NCBI GenBank assembly: GCA_965112735.1
Contig: OZ218952.1
Location: 4,526,001 to 4,590,000 of the forward strand
Direction: 5' to 3'
DNA length: 64,000 bases
Origin: Phaeosaccion multiseriatum
Taxonomy: Eukaryota; Protista; Ochrophyta, other classes
Shown here: in pieces, positions 39,831-50,100 of the stretch
Position numbering within the stretch: position 1 is the first letter of the stretch
Layout of the letters: every line of letters starts with the position of its first letter
Notes under the pieces: generated by a model
Told to the model about the DNA's origin: nothing
Seen by the model: the letters and a program-made list of their open reading frames with translations, nothing else
Database searches by the model: none
Program-made: the position numbers and the translations under genes

Positions 39831-39997
39831 CCGGCCCCTGACAAGGTTCTGAGGCGACCCAGGTTCTGGCCGGCGCCAGCCGGCCAGGTTCCAGGTTCTG
39901 GGGGAAAGCCATGTAATAAGGCAATGATGAGGGCCAAGGCTGCTCTGCCAAGCTTCGCCAGCGGGCGGCTTGGGTCGCCTCAGAACCTTGTCAGGGG
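39831..39997. mobile_element. MITE-like element A (27-bp perfect inverted repeats, eroded ends)
   Basis: CCCCTGACAAGGTTCTGAGGCGACCCA at 39835-39861 is inverted at 39971-39997. Internal AGGTTCY repeats and CCGGCGCCAGCCGG. No clear TSD. Confidence 0.75.
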
Positions 39998-40133
39998 AGG
40001 GGAAGATAAGAGGAATTATTGACTTAGGAAGCAAGTACGCAAGCGCCTTGAAAATATGAGTTGAAGATATTGGCCTACCTTCCACTTTCGCAGTGCAGGG
40101 TTTCTCGGCTGTGTGCGCCTTGCGTGCCTCATA

Positions 40134-42610
40134 ATGGTTCAGGCATGGGTGGTCGCCTCCATTGTGGCCATTTCTTGTGTCCATAGTCCCCTTACGGAAG
40201 GCTTCCTCAGTGGGGGGGGGCTGGTCCCGATGGGAAAGGGACACGGAGTTCAACCCCCGCCCGCAGTCGGGGTCAGCACGGCCGCCTCGAGGACCCACGG
40301 GTCTCTGGCGCCTCTGACCCTCAGCACTGGGAGGAAGGAGGGCACTGGGATGGTGCGCTCGCGCCTCCAAATGTCCACACGTGACCAGGAGGAGAGGCTG
40401 GAACTCAGAGGGGCGCCAGAGTTCGACGGAGCGGAGGTTGCCCGAGAAGTTGTCGCTGGAGTGGGCACGGCCTTCCTGCTGGCCGGCAAAGGCGTTGAGG
40501 GCTTGTTTTCGGTGGGGACCGCTCTCAAAGACCGCTTCTACGACACCGTCTCTGCCGTGTCTGCCACGGAGAAGCAGCAACAACTGTACGACGAGTGTGT
40601 GTGTGAGTGTGATGAAGCCGCTGCTTCGTCCTCGCTACTGGGGAGGTTCAACATCCAGCTGCCTTCTATGGTCACGTTAGCGGTCGCTTTGAAAGATGGG
40701 GCCTATGACTTCTTTGAGAGCATCGAGGAGAGAGGGAAAGCAGCAAGGTACTCTGGAACATACGTGTACGCTGACGAGGAGGAGAAGAAGAAGCCTCAGG
40801 ATGTTGCTGGGGAGATCGTGAGAGCCATCTCCGATAGCAGTGCGGCTGCCCAACAGGGTAAGGGGCGTTGCTTTTCTGCAACTCTGAAGTGAATCACTGG
40901 CGCCCTTGCTATTGCTGTTCCTAAGCTCTTCCTTTTCCCTTTCTCATGTAACCTCCTCTGCCCCCAACCCAACCCAATCCAACCCTGGCCCCCTTGTACC
41001 ACGGTACAGCGTCGTACGTCGCTGTGGAGAAAGTTGAATCGGCGGTGCAGGCCGTGCGGGATGCGCCCAAGCGTGTCACAGAAGCAGCCGAGAGCCTGAA
41101 GCACACGGCGGAGGAGATTGTCGACTTGCCCAACAAGGTCACCAACGAGGCGACCACTCTCTTCCAAGCAACGGCGAATAAAGTGGAAGAGTCCAAGCTC
41201 TTTGCTGTCCAGTCCGTGGCTACCCTGCAGGAGACTGCAAGCAAGGTGGCCTTCGTGGCGAGCGGGCAGTGGTGGAAGGAGAGGCAGGCCAGAGAGGCGG
41301 AGAAGAGGGCCATGGAGGCACTGGCCAGGGCCCAGCAACTGGAAGCGCGCGAGGCCTTCCTGGACTCGGCCAAGACGGTGACCACCACGGCTGTGGACCT
41401 CACCGGCAAGGCTGTTGTGGGCCTCGCGACAGTGGCCAAGGGCGCTGTGACCCTTCCCGACAGCCCCCTTCGAGCTGCACTGGCGCCCCTCTTCCAGGAC
41501 CGGGTTCGGAAGCAGGCTCAGCTGGGGCCGGGGCGGGCGAAAATGGCGGCACCAGTCGGAGGAAGACAGGAGGCTGAGAAGGGTAAGATGCAGAGCATGT
41601 CAGTGGCGCAGCAGCAGCAGCAGCAGCAGGAGAAGGGGGCAGAAGGCGGCACGGTTCAGAGCATGTCATTGGTGCAGCAGCAGGAGAAGGAGAGTGTGGC
41701 TTTGGGAGCGGGAGTTGAGCAGGCACAGAAGGAAGCTCAAGCCCCTGCAAAGGCGGTAACGCAGCGGGAGACCGACGCTTTGCAGACAAGAGTCCTGATG
41801 GCGCAACAGAAGAAGGCGGCACAGGAGGCTGAGGCGCTCAATGTAAGAGCCCTAACGGCCGAAAGGAAGGCTCGGGACGATGCACAGGTGCAACAGGAGG
41901 CGAAGGCTTTGCAGGCAAGAGGGATACTGGCGAGGAAGAAGGCTCAGGACGATGCAAGAATGAAGCAGGAGGCAAAGGCTTTGGAGGCACGAACCCTACT
42001 GGCGCAAAAGAAGGCTCAGGAGGATGCAGTAAAGCAGGAGGCGAAGGCTTTGAAGGCAAGAGTCCTAATGGCGGAGCAGAAGGCTCAGGACGATGCGAGA
42101 GTGAGGCAGGAGGCCGAGGATCTGCAGGCAAGAGTGCGCCTGGCACAGGAGAAGGCTCGGGTGACAGAGGAGCGGGAGGCCGAGGATCTGCAGGCAAGAG
42201 TGCTACTGGCGCAGGAGAAGGCTCGAGCGAGGAACGAGCAGGAGGCCGAGGACTTGCAGGCACTGGTCCTGCAGACACACGCGAAAGCTCGGGCCGATAC
42301 CGCCGCAGTGGAGGACGCAGAGGCTGCGCAAGAGAGGATCCGACAGCAGCAAGCCAACGCTGCAACGCTGACGGATGTCGACATATCGCTGCCACCGCCA
42401 CCGTCGGCGACGAGAACAAGGAGAATCGCCTTTCCCTTCTTGGGCATGGGGGGAGGGGCAACTGTCATCACAGAAGCGGGCAAAGAAGAAAGCGGCGAGG
42501 AGGGGGTGACCACTGTAGGAGGGATCCGGGTTGTGGCGGGGGGGGACACGTGGGTTGGGGGCAGGACGGTTGGCGGAAGAGCACCGAGGAAGAAGAGATG
42601 GAGGGCATAG
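40134..42610 (+). CDS. Putative plastid-targeted coiled-coil protein with ~7 tandem 22-24 aa repeats
   Basis: Exons ~40134-40857 and 41010-42610. Signal peptide ending TEG-FL, then a Ser/Thr/Arg-rich transit-like region, an LEA-like helical region and EAxxLxARxLLAxxKAxDD repeats. Confidence 0.7.
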
Positions 42611-42620
42611 ACCCCTGCTG

Positions 42621-42807
42621 TCGGCCCTGGAAGAGGTTATCAGATTACTGATTACGGCCGGCGCAGCCGGCCTGATTACTGATTATGGCGCCAGCCGGGC
42701 CTGATTACTGATTATGGCCGGCGCCAGCCGGGTCTGATTACTGATTATGACCGGCGCCAGCTGGCCTGATTACTGACGGCGCACACTGTAACCTCTTCCA
42801 GGGCCGA
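42621..42807. mobile_element. MITE-like element B (19-bp TIR, 6-bp TSD CTGCTG)
   Basis: TCGGCCCTGGAAGAGGTTA 42621-42639, inverse at 42789-42807. CTGCTG at 42615-42620 and 42808-42813. Internal array of TGATTAC-TGATTAT + GC spacer. Confidence 0.92.
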
Positions 42808-43065
42808 CTGCTGTTCCTGTCAGATTTGTATTTTAGTTATTTATTCTTTTAGCCCTCTGTGTGTACGGCTCCCCCACACACTCACTCCTGGTAATTAATT
42901 TTTTATTTTGTCGTGTTTGCTCTTCGTCACGCCGCCGAAGGCACAGCCCTTAGCACGTGTTTTTTGAACATATGCTTCACACAGCTTTACTTTTACGCAG
43001 CGCGGATGGCACTGGATGTGCATCTGTTGGTCTCTCTCCTCTCTATCCTTCCCCATCTCCTTCTC

Positions 43066-43959
43066 ATGTGGTGGTGCTCCTTGGTCGTGTGCACTTTGCT
43101 GCTGTGCCTCCTCCCTCGGCTTGACGCCTTCGCCCTCCATGTGTACTGCAATGCAAAGACCCGGCCCACCACGACCTCACTTGGAGCTACGTCCTCTCGC
43201 CGATCCTTCCTTACAGAAGCCCCTACTTTGCTGTCGCTTGGGGTAGCCTCTGCAGCAATTGTTGGGGGGGGCTCAAGCGCTGTGGCGGGCAATGGGAGCC
43301 CAGGGCAGTGGGAGCCCACTGGGCCTCGATCTGAGGCAACGTCCTACTTCCCCACCATTGAAAAGGGTTACGCCGTCCTAAAAGGTGCGAACGCATTCTT
43401 GTAGAGAACAACGAGGCAGTCGACTCAAGAGGGGGGGAGAGGTCCATGTACTGACGGTAGCTGTGAGGTGAAGGGAAGCAAACTCTCTCACATCCTCTTT
43501 TCGTCCTTGCGTGTGTGTTCGTGTGTTCCTACAATTCATCCCTCACTCTTCTCATCGATCAGACTTAGACCAGAACTGGGACGAAGTTACCAAGAAGCCG
43601 TCTGCAGGAGACGATGTCCGTCGTGTCTTGGGGACAGTGGGCAACTCGAGCCCGCTGAGCTATTTCAAGAAGGCCTCTGCGGGCATTAGAGACGCAGCAG
43701 TCATCCCTGTGAGTGCACCCCTGTTTGCTGCCAGCCAGAGTGGTAGATTTATCCTTTCAAGAAGTACATGCGGTGCATGCTTACTACGAAGAAAGAGCCA
43801 CCACTATTCATCGTTTCTACCGGGCTGAGGAGTCCCTTTGCTGCGCATTCGAACATTCGAACAGGCTCTTCGCTTACTCCCCTCTCGCTATTCGTGCAAC
43901 CACCACCCATTCCTGCCTACAGTAGCTCACCTCAATCTCTGTGTTGCTGTCCTGCTGCA

Positions 43960-43991
<32 letters not shown>

Positions 43992-44456
43992 ACCCCAGGC
44001 CGAGCTTGACGTGATCGACTTTGCGGAGAAGAGCGAGGAGGTCATCACCGAGCTGGTGGATGCAGATAACGACGCATACAGTAGCAACTTTGCTGAGTTC
44101 AGTGCCGGCGCTGTCTCTGCCAAGATCTTCCTTGACAAGGCAAGAAAGTCCGTCAAGGTAAGTGAGGAGAAGTGAGGAAAATTATTTTGAGAATAGGAAG
44201 CAGGGAGATGCGTGACAGCGGAGCACAGCATCCGTCGGTCCACTATAGGACTGTAGCGAAATTGCCCATCGCCCTCGATTCTATCTCTCCCTCTCTCTCT
44301 TGATGTCTACCATTTCTGCATCTCTCGAGTCCGACGACCCCCACAACCCACTCCCTTCTTTCTCGTTCCTTCCACCCCCCCATTTGACGCCTTCCACCAC
44401 AGAGTGCCCTCCGCCTGTACAAGGAGCTGATGCAGATCATGGGGAAGCAAACCTAG
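43066..44456 (+). CDS. Thylakoid lumen protein (PsbQ-like/TL16.5-like helical bundle), Tat-targeted
   Basis: Four exons. Signal peptide (..PRLDA-F), twin-Arg SSRRSFL + hydrophobic + AVA; mature LDQNWD..GDDVRRVLGTVG..SPL. The family call is from memory. Confidence 0.75.
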
Positions 44457-44473
44457 CCACGTACTACAGCCCA

Positions 44474-44711
44474 TCGGCTCCCCGCAGGGCTTCTCGAGCC
44501 CCCCGATAAGCAGAAGCCTGAGGCGGCCTGCGGCCGAAAGCAAGAAGCCCGGGGCTGGCCTGCGGCCAGAAGCCTGCATAATCTCTCCCCCCCCCCCTGA
44601 GCGCCCCTGAGAAGCCTGAAGCCCAGACCGCTGGCCTGCGGCGCAGAAGCCCGAAGCCTGAGGGGGCTATGGCCCAGAAGCCTGGAGCCCGAGAAGCCCT
44701 GCGGGAGCCGA
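44474..44711. mobile_element. MITE-like element C (~25-bp TIR, 6-bp TSD AGCCCA)
   Basis: TCGGCTCCC(C)GCAGGGCTTCTCG at 44474, inverse ending at 44711. AGCCCA at 44468-44473 and 44712-44717. Internal AGAAGCC doublets. Confidence 0.92.
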
Positions 44712-44937
44712 AGCCCATAGATAGATCCGTATGTATATAAAGGATATCTATAAAGTATCCCAACACTAAAAAGGACAATGTGCACCACACCTGAGGTGCT
44801 CTTGAGAATGCGTGTTTCCCACTTCTCCTGAGGCTTGAGGGCGAATTTTCAAACGAACCTGTCGGCAGATGTGAAAGACACAGAAAAAGAAAAAAATATG
44901 GCATTCGGGCGTTGGGTGCCATCGAGCACAAAGGTAA

Positions 44938-46644
44938 AGAGGGAAGGGGGGGGGGAAGGAGGGAGGGTACCGAGCAGAGAGAGACGGCGACCTGCCTGCT
45001 CCCACCGGAAGGAGGTGGAGGGCACAGGGCGGAGAGCCCTTGCTTGCAGCGCACCAATGGCGCGTGTATTGTGCCAAGACGGCTCGAAAGGCAAAGCACG
45101 CTTCCAGTGATGCTGCAGTCATGGCTGGGTGGGATGAGGTGAAGTACCGGCTGTGGAAGTTGTTGCCTTACTGCTGCTCATTCTCCTCTCACTCTTTCCT
45201 CCTCCCCTCCCCTCCCTCCCCTCTTATCCGAGTAGTGGCGCCGCGTCAACCCTTCTTGGCTGGGGCCGTGTTTCCATTACTCTTCGCGGTGTTCTTCACC
45301 AAGTTTGGCAGTTTCATCTTCTTCCTCATCCTTCAGTCGGTGGTGTTTTCACTCATGCCCTTCTCTGCCTACCTGGCCGCCTTTGGACCAGCCAGAGCAG
45401 CGATGGGGAGTAAGGCAGCGGGCAAGAAGGTCAGCTAGTAGCACAAGTGAAGAGGCGAGAGAGAGAAAGCGAGAGAGACAAGAGTAGTAACGAAGAAGAC
45501 AAGCAAGGGAGAGAGAAGAACGCGGATGAGAACGAGAGCGAGCGAAGTGTCCCGGGTCGCCCCTTCCTCGCCCATCTCTCCTGCCCCGCCGCCCCTGACT
45601 TGCTTACGCCGCTACCTGCCTCCTCATGCCAATCCACGCGCCAAGCAACTTGTACCACCCTCTTCACACTTAATCACTCACTCTTGCTTCCCTCTCTCTC
45701 TCTCTCTCTCCCTCTCTTTCTCTCTCCCTCTCTCTGTCCGTCTGTCTGTCCGTCGCTCCATGTGCCACTCTGTCTATCACTACACACACTCACACACTCT
45801 GCAGGGCAAGCTTGTGCACGTGCGGCGGCCGAAGCCCTCCTCCGACGGCAGCGACTTGGACGAAACGTCGATCCTTCACAACTCCTCCTCTGCCAGCCGT
45901 TTGAGGGACCGTAGCAGCCAGCAGCAACGCCAAGGACAAGGAAAAGGTCACTACAGCCGTGTCCACACCCAGCCATGCACGTCGTCGGAGGTGAGGAGGA
46001 GGAGCAGAAAGTCGGTAGTAGGGATGCGGAGAAGACGCAGGGCCAGCCCACAGCGGGAAGCCCCACTCCTCGACCTTCATTTCGCTGGCTCGTGTGATTG
46101 AGCCCGTGGCCGAGACTGACGGCAACAGCAAGCACGTGCGTGTTCAGCTGCTTCATCACAAAGAGCTGGAGAGGGGCGGGATGATGGAGGGTTTGGGGAC
46201 TGTCCTCACGGTGTCACGTGACGACCTCCGGCTCGCACACAGCCCCGGTACCATCACCTTTTTGGGGGCCCTGTGCAATTATTTGCCTTCTTGCCTGCTT
46301 GGCCTGGCTGCTGCTGCTGGCTGCGCCAGCCAGTCGACCCCTGACACGCTATCCGCTATCCCGGCGCCAGCCGGTGCGCTATCCGCTATCGCCGGCGCCA
46401 GCCGGCTTTGGGGGGGGGGTTGTGGGGGCGTGCTATCCGCTGTTGCCGGCGCCAGCCGATCCGCTATCCGCTATCGGCCGGCGCCAGCCGGCGCGCTATC
46501 GAGAAAGTGGGCGATAGCGTGTCAGGGGTCGAGCCAGGTGCAAGAACAATGCGGCCGTCGATGACCTGGCTGCTCCTTCGCAGTAGGTAGCTACGGCCAT
46601 CGATGACGTGGCTACTCCTTCCCATTAGGCAGGGAGTGTGTCAA
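44938..46644 (+). pseudogene. Degenerate duplicate of the 3' end (last two exons, intron parts, 3' flank) of the Dispatched-like gene at 53331-54826
   Basis: Colinear high identity with 53331-54826, with indels/frameshifts and a MITE insertion (46334-46532) that is absent from the downstream copy. Confidence 0.9.
46334..46532. mobile_element. MITE-like element D (20-bp TIR, GCCAG/AGCCAG flanking duplication)
   Basis: TCGACCCCTGACACGCTATC / GATAGCGTGTCAGGGGTCGA. Internal CGCTATC-CGCTATC + CCGGCGCCAGCCGG. The empty site is visible in the paralogous copy (~54670-54685). Confidence 0.93.
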
Positions 46645-46698
46645 GCAAGCAAAGGGAACACAGAGACGGCCGCCCATTTTGTTTTTTTCCCTCTTTTT

Positions 46699-46812
46699 TC
46701 GACCCCTGACGTGCTACCTGCACCTGCTACCGCCGGTGTTATACAGCTGACGTGCTACATGCTACCACCGGCGCCAGCCGCCGCGCTACCTGCTACGGCG
46801 GCCAGCTACACC
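46699..46812 (+). mobile_element. Solo left end E of the same TIR element group
   Basis: TCGACCCCTGACGTGCTACC followed by TGCTAC(C) repeats and CCGGCGCCAGCCG. No nearby right TIR. Confidence 0.7.
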
Positions 46813-47105
46813 GAGACTTGAAGGGGCGGGCAATTTTTTCGCGGGAAATTTTTTCAGGGGACCTCAAACAGTTTTCTGTCCGTCGCTCGGCCGGTGTTGG
46901 CGCCGCCTTCCTACCCCCGGCCAGTTTTCAGGCAAACCGACTGCCCGAAAGCACGTTCATCCATACTTCATCTCCTTTAACGTTATCACGAACTTTCCGT
47001 ACGCTCCTGCTGTAAGAAGTAGCTTCTTCACTTAGTCTAAGAAAGTTTTGTTACAAAGAGCGACAGCCTGCGGGGGAAGCCATCCTCGCCTTCCGTCGGC
47101 TAAAA

Positions 47106-50100
47106 ATGGCCAAGAAAGAGGTCATACTAGGCGAGGGGGGTGCGTACTTTTATGACGAGGAGGAGGAAGGGGAGGAGGAGTGCTGCTTCGATCCTTTCTG
47201 CACCATCCCGATCACCGTGAAGAAGCCGTGTGGCACCTGCTGCTGCCTATGCAGCATGATGATTTTCGTCCTCGTCGCCATTGGTGGGCTCCTCGCGGCC
47301 GGCGTGGACATTATTCGCTTCTCGAACGATGTGCCTTTCTACTGGTATGAGCACGAGACATACAAGGCCGAAGTGGCGCTGCGGTCGGCCAAGGACACGG
47401 CGAACTTTCGCCTTGGGGGGAGGTTTCGTGAGCGAGAGTTCGCCGACACGTAAGTAAAGATATCATCCTCTCTCCCTTCCCTTGTTGTTGGCCCCTCCCT
47501 GTCAGCCCCCCTTCCTCTCTCGACTCGACTCGGCTCCCTCCCCTTCCCTGCCTGGCTGCTGCCTGAGCCCTGCTGTCCTTCCTTCCTTGTGTCTGGTGTC
47601 TGGCTGCCTGGCTGACTTGGCTGTGGCCTGCTTCCCCTCAGCGACTTCGCTCTGTGGATGGTCTACGAGCTGGACGAGGACGGCACCTTCGACGACACTC
47701 TTTTGGAGCCCTCCATACTCATGGGCATTCGAGACCTCGAGGCCACCCTGCAACGCTCCCCCTCCTTCACCACCTTCTGTGCATTGACGTACGACTTTGA
47801 CGATTCCAATCCCATTTGTCTTCGGCCCAGCTCGGTCATTAACATCATGGACCCGGCCTTCTTCATACCTGCCGGAGACAGCACCGCTGCTTCGTCTCCC
47901 ACGGTGGCCAGTGTAGAGAACCGGAACGTGGTTCTTGCTTCCCTCGTCGCGGCTGGGTTCGACGAGTCTACGGTGCAGCAATCAGAGTTTTACATTTACG
48001 GCGATCCTTACGATGCTGAGATGGAGATGGACGAGAGCTTCCTCGAGAGTGCCAACGTGGCCGCCATCACTGAGTACTGGGCAAAATACTGCTCCTCTGC
48101 AGATGGCAACGGGTGCACCGCGGGGGTCAGCAACACAGACACCACGCCCTTTGCCCTGACTTTCCAGGATACCAATATAACTGTACCCAACCTTCTCTCC
48201 CCCCGGGTGCAAGGCTCGTTTGGGACAGTGGATGGAGACGGGAATTTGGAGCAGAGAGTCAGGGCAATGACCAGTGTGCTCTCCTTCGGCTCACCGCAAG
48301 TGAGGGACGAGAGCACGGGGGAGCTTTACGAAACCGACACCTCAGGAAGGGAGGACATGATCGACAATCTCGGGAAGTTCCTGTTCGATACGTATCACGG
48401 TGAGGTTCAGTTTCGGCCTCTTCCTTCCTTCCTACACCCCTTGCTTGAATTCCTCCCCTTGACTTCTTAGCATTCCCCTTCCTCTCTCTCCCCCTCTCGC
48501 TCTCTCTCTCTCTCTCTCTCCCTCTCGTCGCTCTCTCTCTCCCAGATTTGCTCAGCGACTATCGCATACCTGGCGTCAACATCTTCTGGACAGGTGGGTG
48601 CGTGGCTAGATTGTTGAGACTGGCTGAGTATCTTCAGAGGAGCAGCCAAACCTAGTCCGCCTGTTGCAGATGGGGCTTTGTTGACCAGCCACTCAGGAGG
48701 ACTCCGTGACTTACTATGATTTACGACACAGGCAACAACAACGGCATGGAGGCAGAGTACACAGCAGAGGTGCAAGCGAGGGACACGGGCCTCATCGTGG
48801 GCAGTTTCATCTTAATAGCGTTGTTCCTCATGTGGCAGCTTCGCTCGTGGTTCTTGGGATTGCTGGCGTTCCTCCTCATTCTCGGCAATTTTGGGCCCGC
48901 CATCGTACTGTATCGCATTTTGTTCGGCTCCGCCTACTTCGGTGAGTGAGTCAGTGCGTGCGTGCGTGCGTGCTTGCGTGCGTGCCTGCGTGCGTGCGTG
49001 CGTGCGTGCGTGCGTACATGATGTGATATGGTATGATGTGAGTGAGTGGTTGGGTGACTGACCGACTCAGTGGCTGATTGATTGACTGGCTGAGACTGAA
49101 TTTCCTTCCTGCCTGCCTGCCTGCCTGCCTCCCTTTCTTCCTTCCTTCCTTCCTTCCTTCCTTCCTTCCTTCCTTCCTTCTTTCCTTTCTTCGTTCCTTC
49201 CTTTCTTCCTTCCTTTCTTTCTTCCTTCCTTCCTTCCTTCCTTCCTTCCTTCCTTCCTTCCTTCCTTCCTTCCTTTCTTCCTTCCTTCCATTCTTCCTTT
49301 CTTCCTTCCTTTCGTTGCTTCCTTCCTTCCTCATCATACGCACAGGTACGCTGAACCTTTTAGCGGTATTCATTCTCCTGGGGGTTGGAGCCGATGACGT
49401 CTTCCTCTTCGCCAACACTTGGAACGAAATGCGTAACCATGCGAGCTATGGAGACAGCGTCACCCACCAGCTTCGCCACACCCTGCGCCGGGGAGGTAAG
49501 GCCATGGCAGTTACTTCTCTGACCACCATGGTGGCCTTCCTGACGAACGCCACAAGCAGCTTTCCGGCTATTCAGAGCTTTGGAATCTTCGCGGCCATGT
49601 TGATCTTCGTCAACTTTTGTAGCGTGGTGACCACGTACCCTGCGGTGAGTGAGTGAGGGAGGGAGGGAGGTAGTGAGTGTGCGTGTGGGTGCGTGAGTGA
49701 GTGAGTGAGTGAATGAGGCGAGTGAGTGAGGGAATAGCTAAGTGCGTGCGTGAGTGAGTGGGGGTAATAAGTAAATGAGTCAGTTGAGTCAGTGAGTGAG
49801 CAAGTCAAGTAAGTGATTGTGTTACGATATAAGGCATCCCAATATGCCTTCAGTACTATCCAAACGTTTGGATAGTACTGAAGGCATATTGGGATGCCTT
49901 ATATCGTAACAAAAGAGGGGTTCGGATGCCTTATATCGTAACAGATTGAGAGAGCACTCAAGTACTTACCTCCATCCCTCCCTCCCTCCCTCCCTCGCCC
50001 CCTCCCTCCCTCATCCCCTCCATCGCCCCCTCCCTCCCTCCTTCCCTCCCTCCCTCCCCGCTCCATCTCTTCCTCCCCCCACTCCCAAGGGGATGATGGT

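Noticed and set aside
42641-42777. CRISPR-like repeat/spacer appearance (also at 46345-46500 and 54695-54815)
   Set aside because: The 'spacers' are near-identical to each other, the first two arrays lie inside TIR/TSD-bounded elements, there are no cas genes, and the context is eukaryotic.
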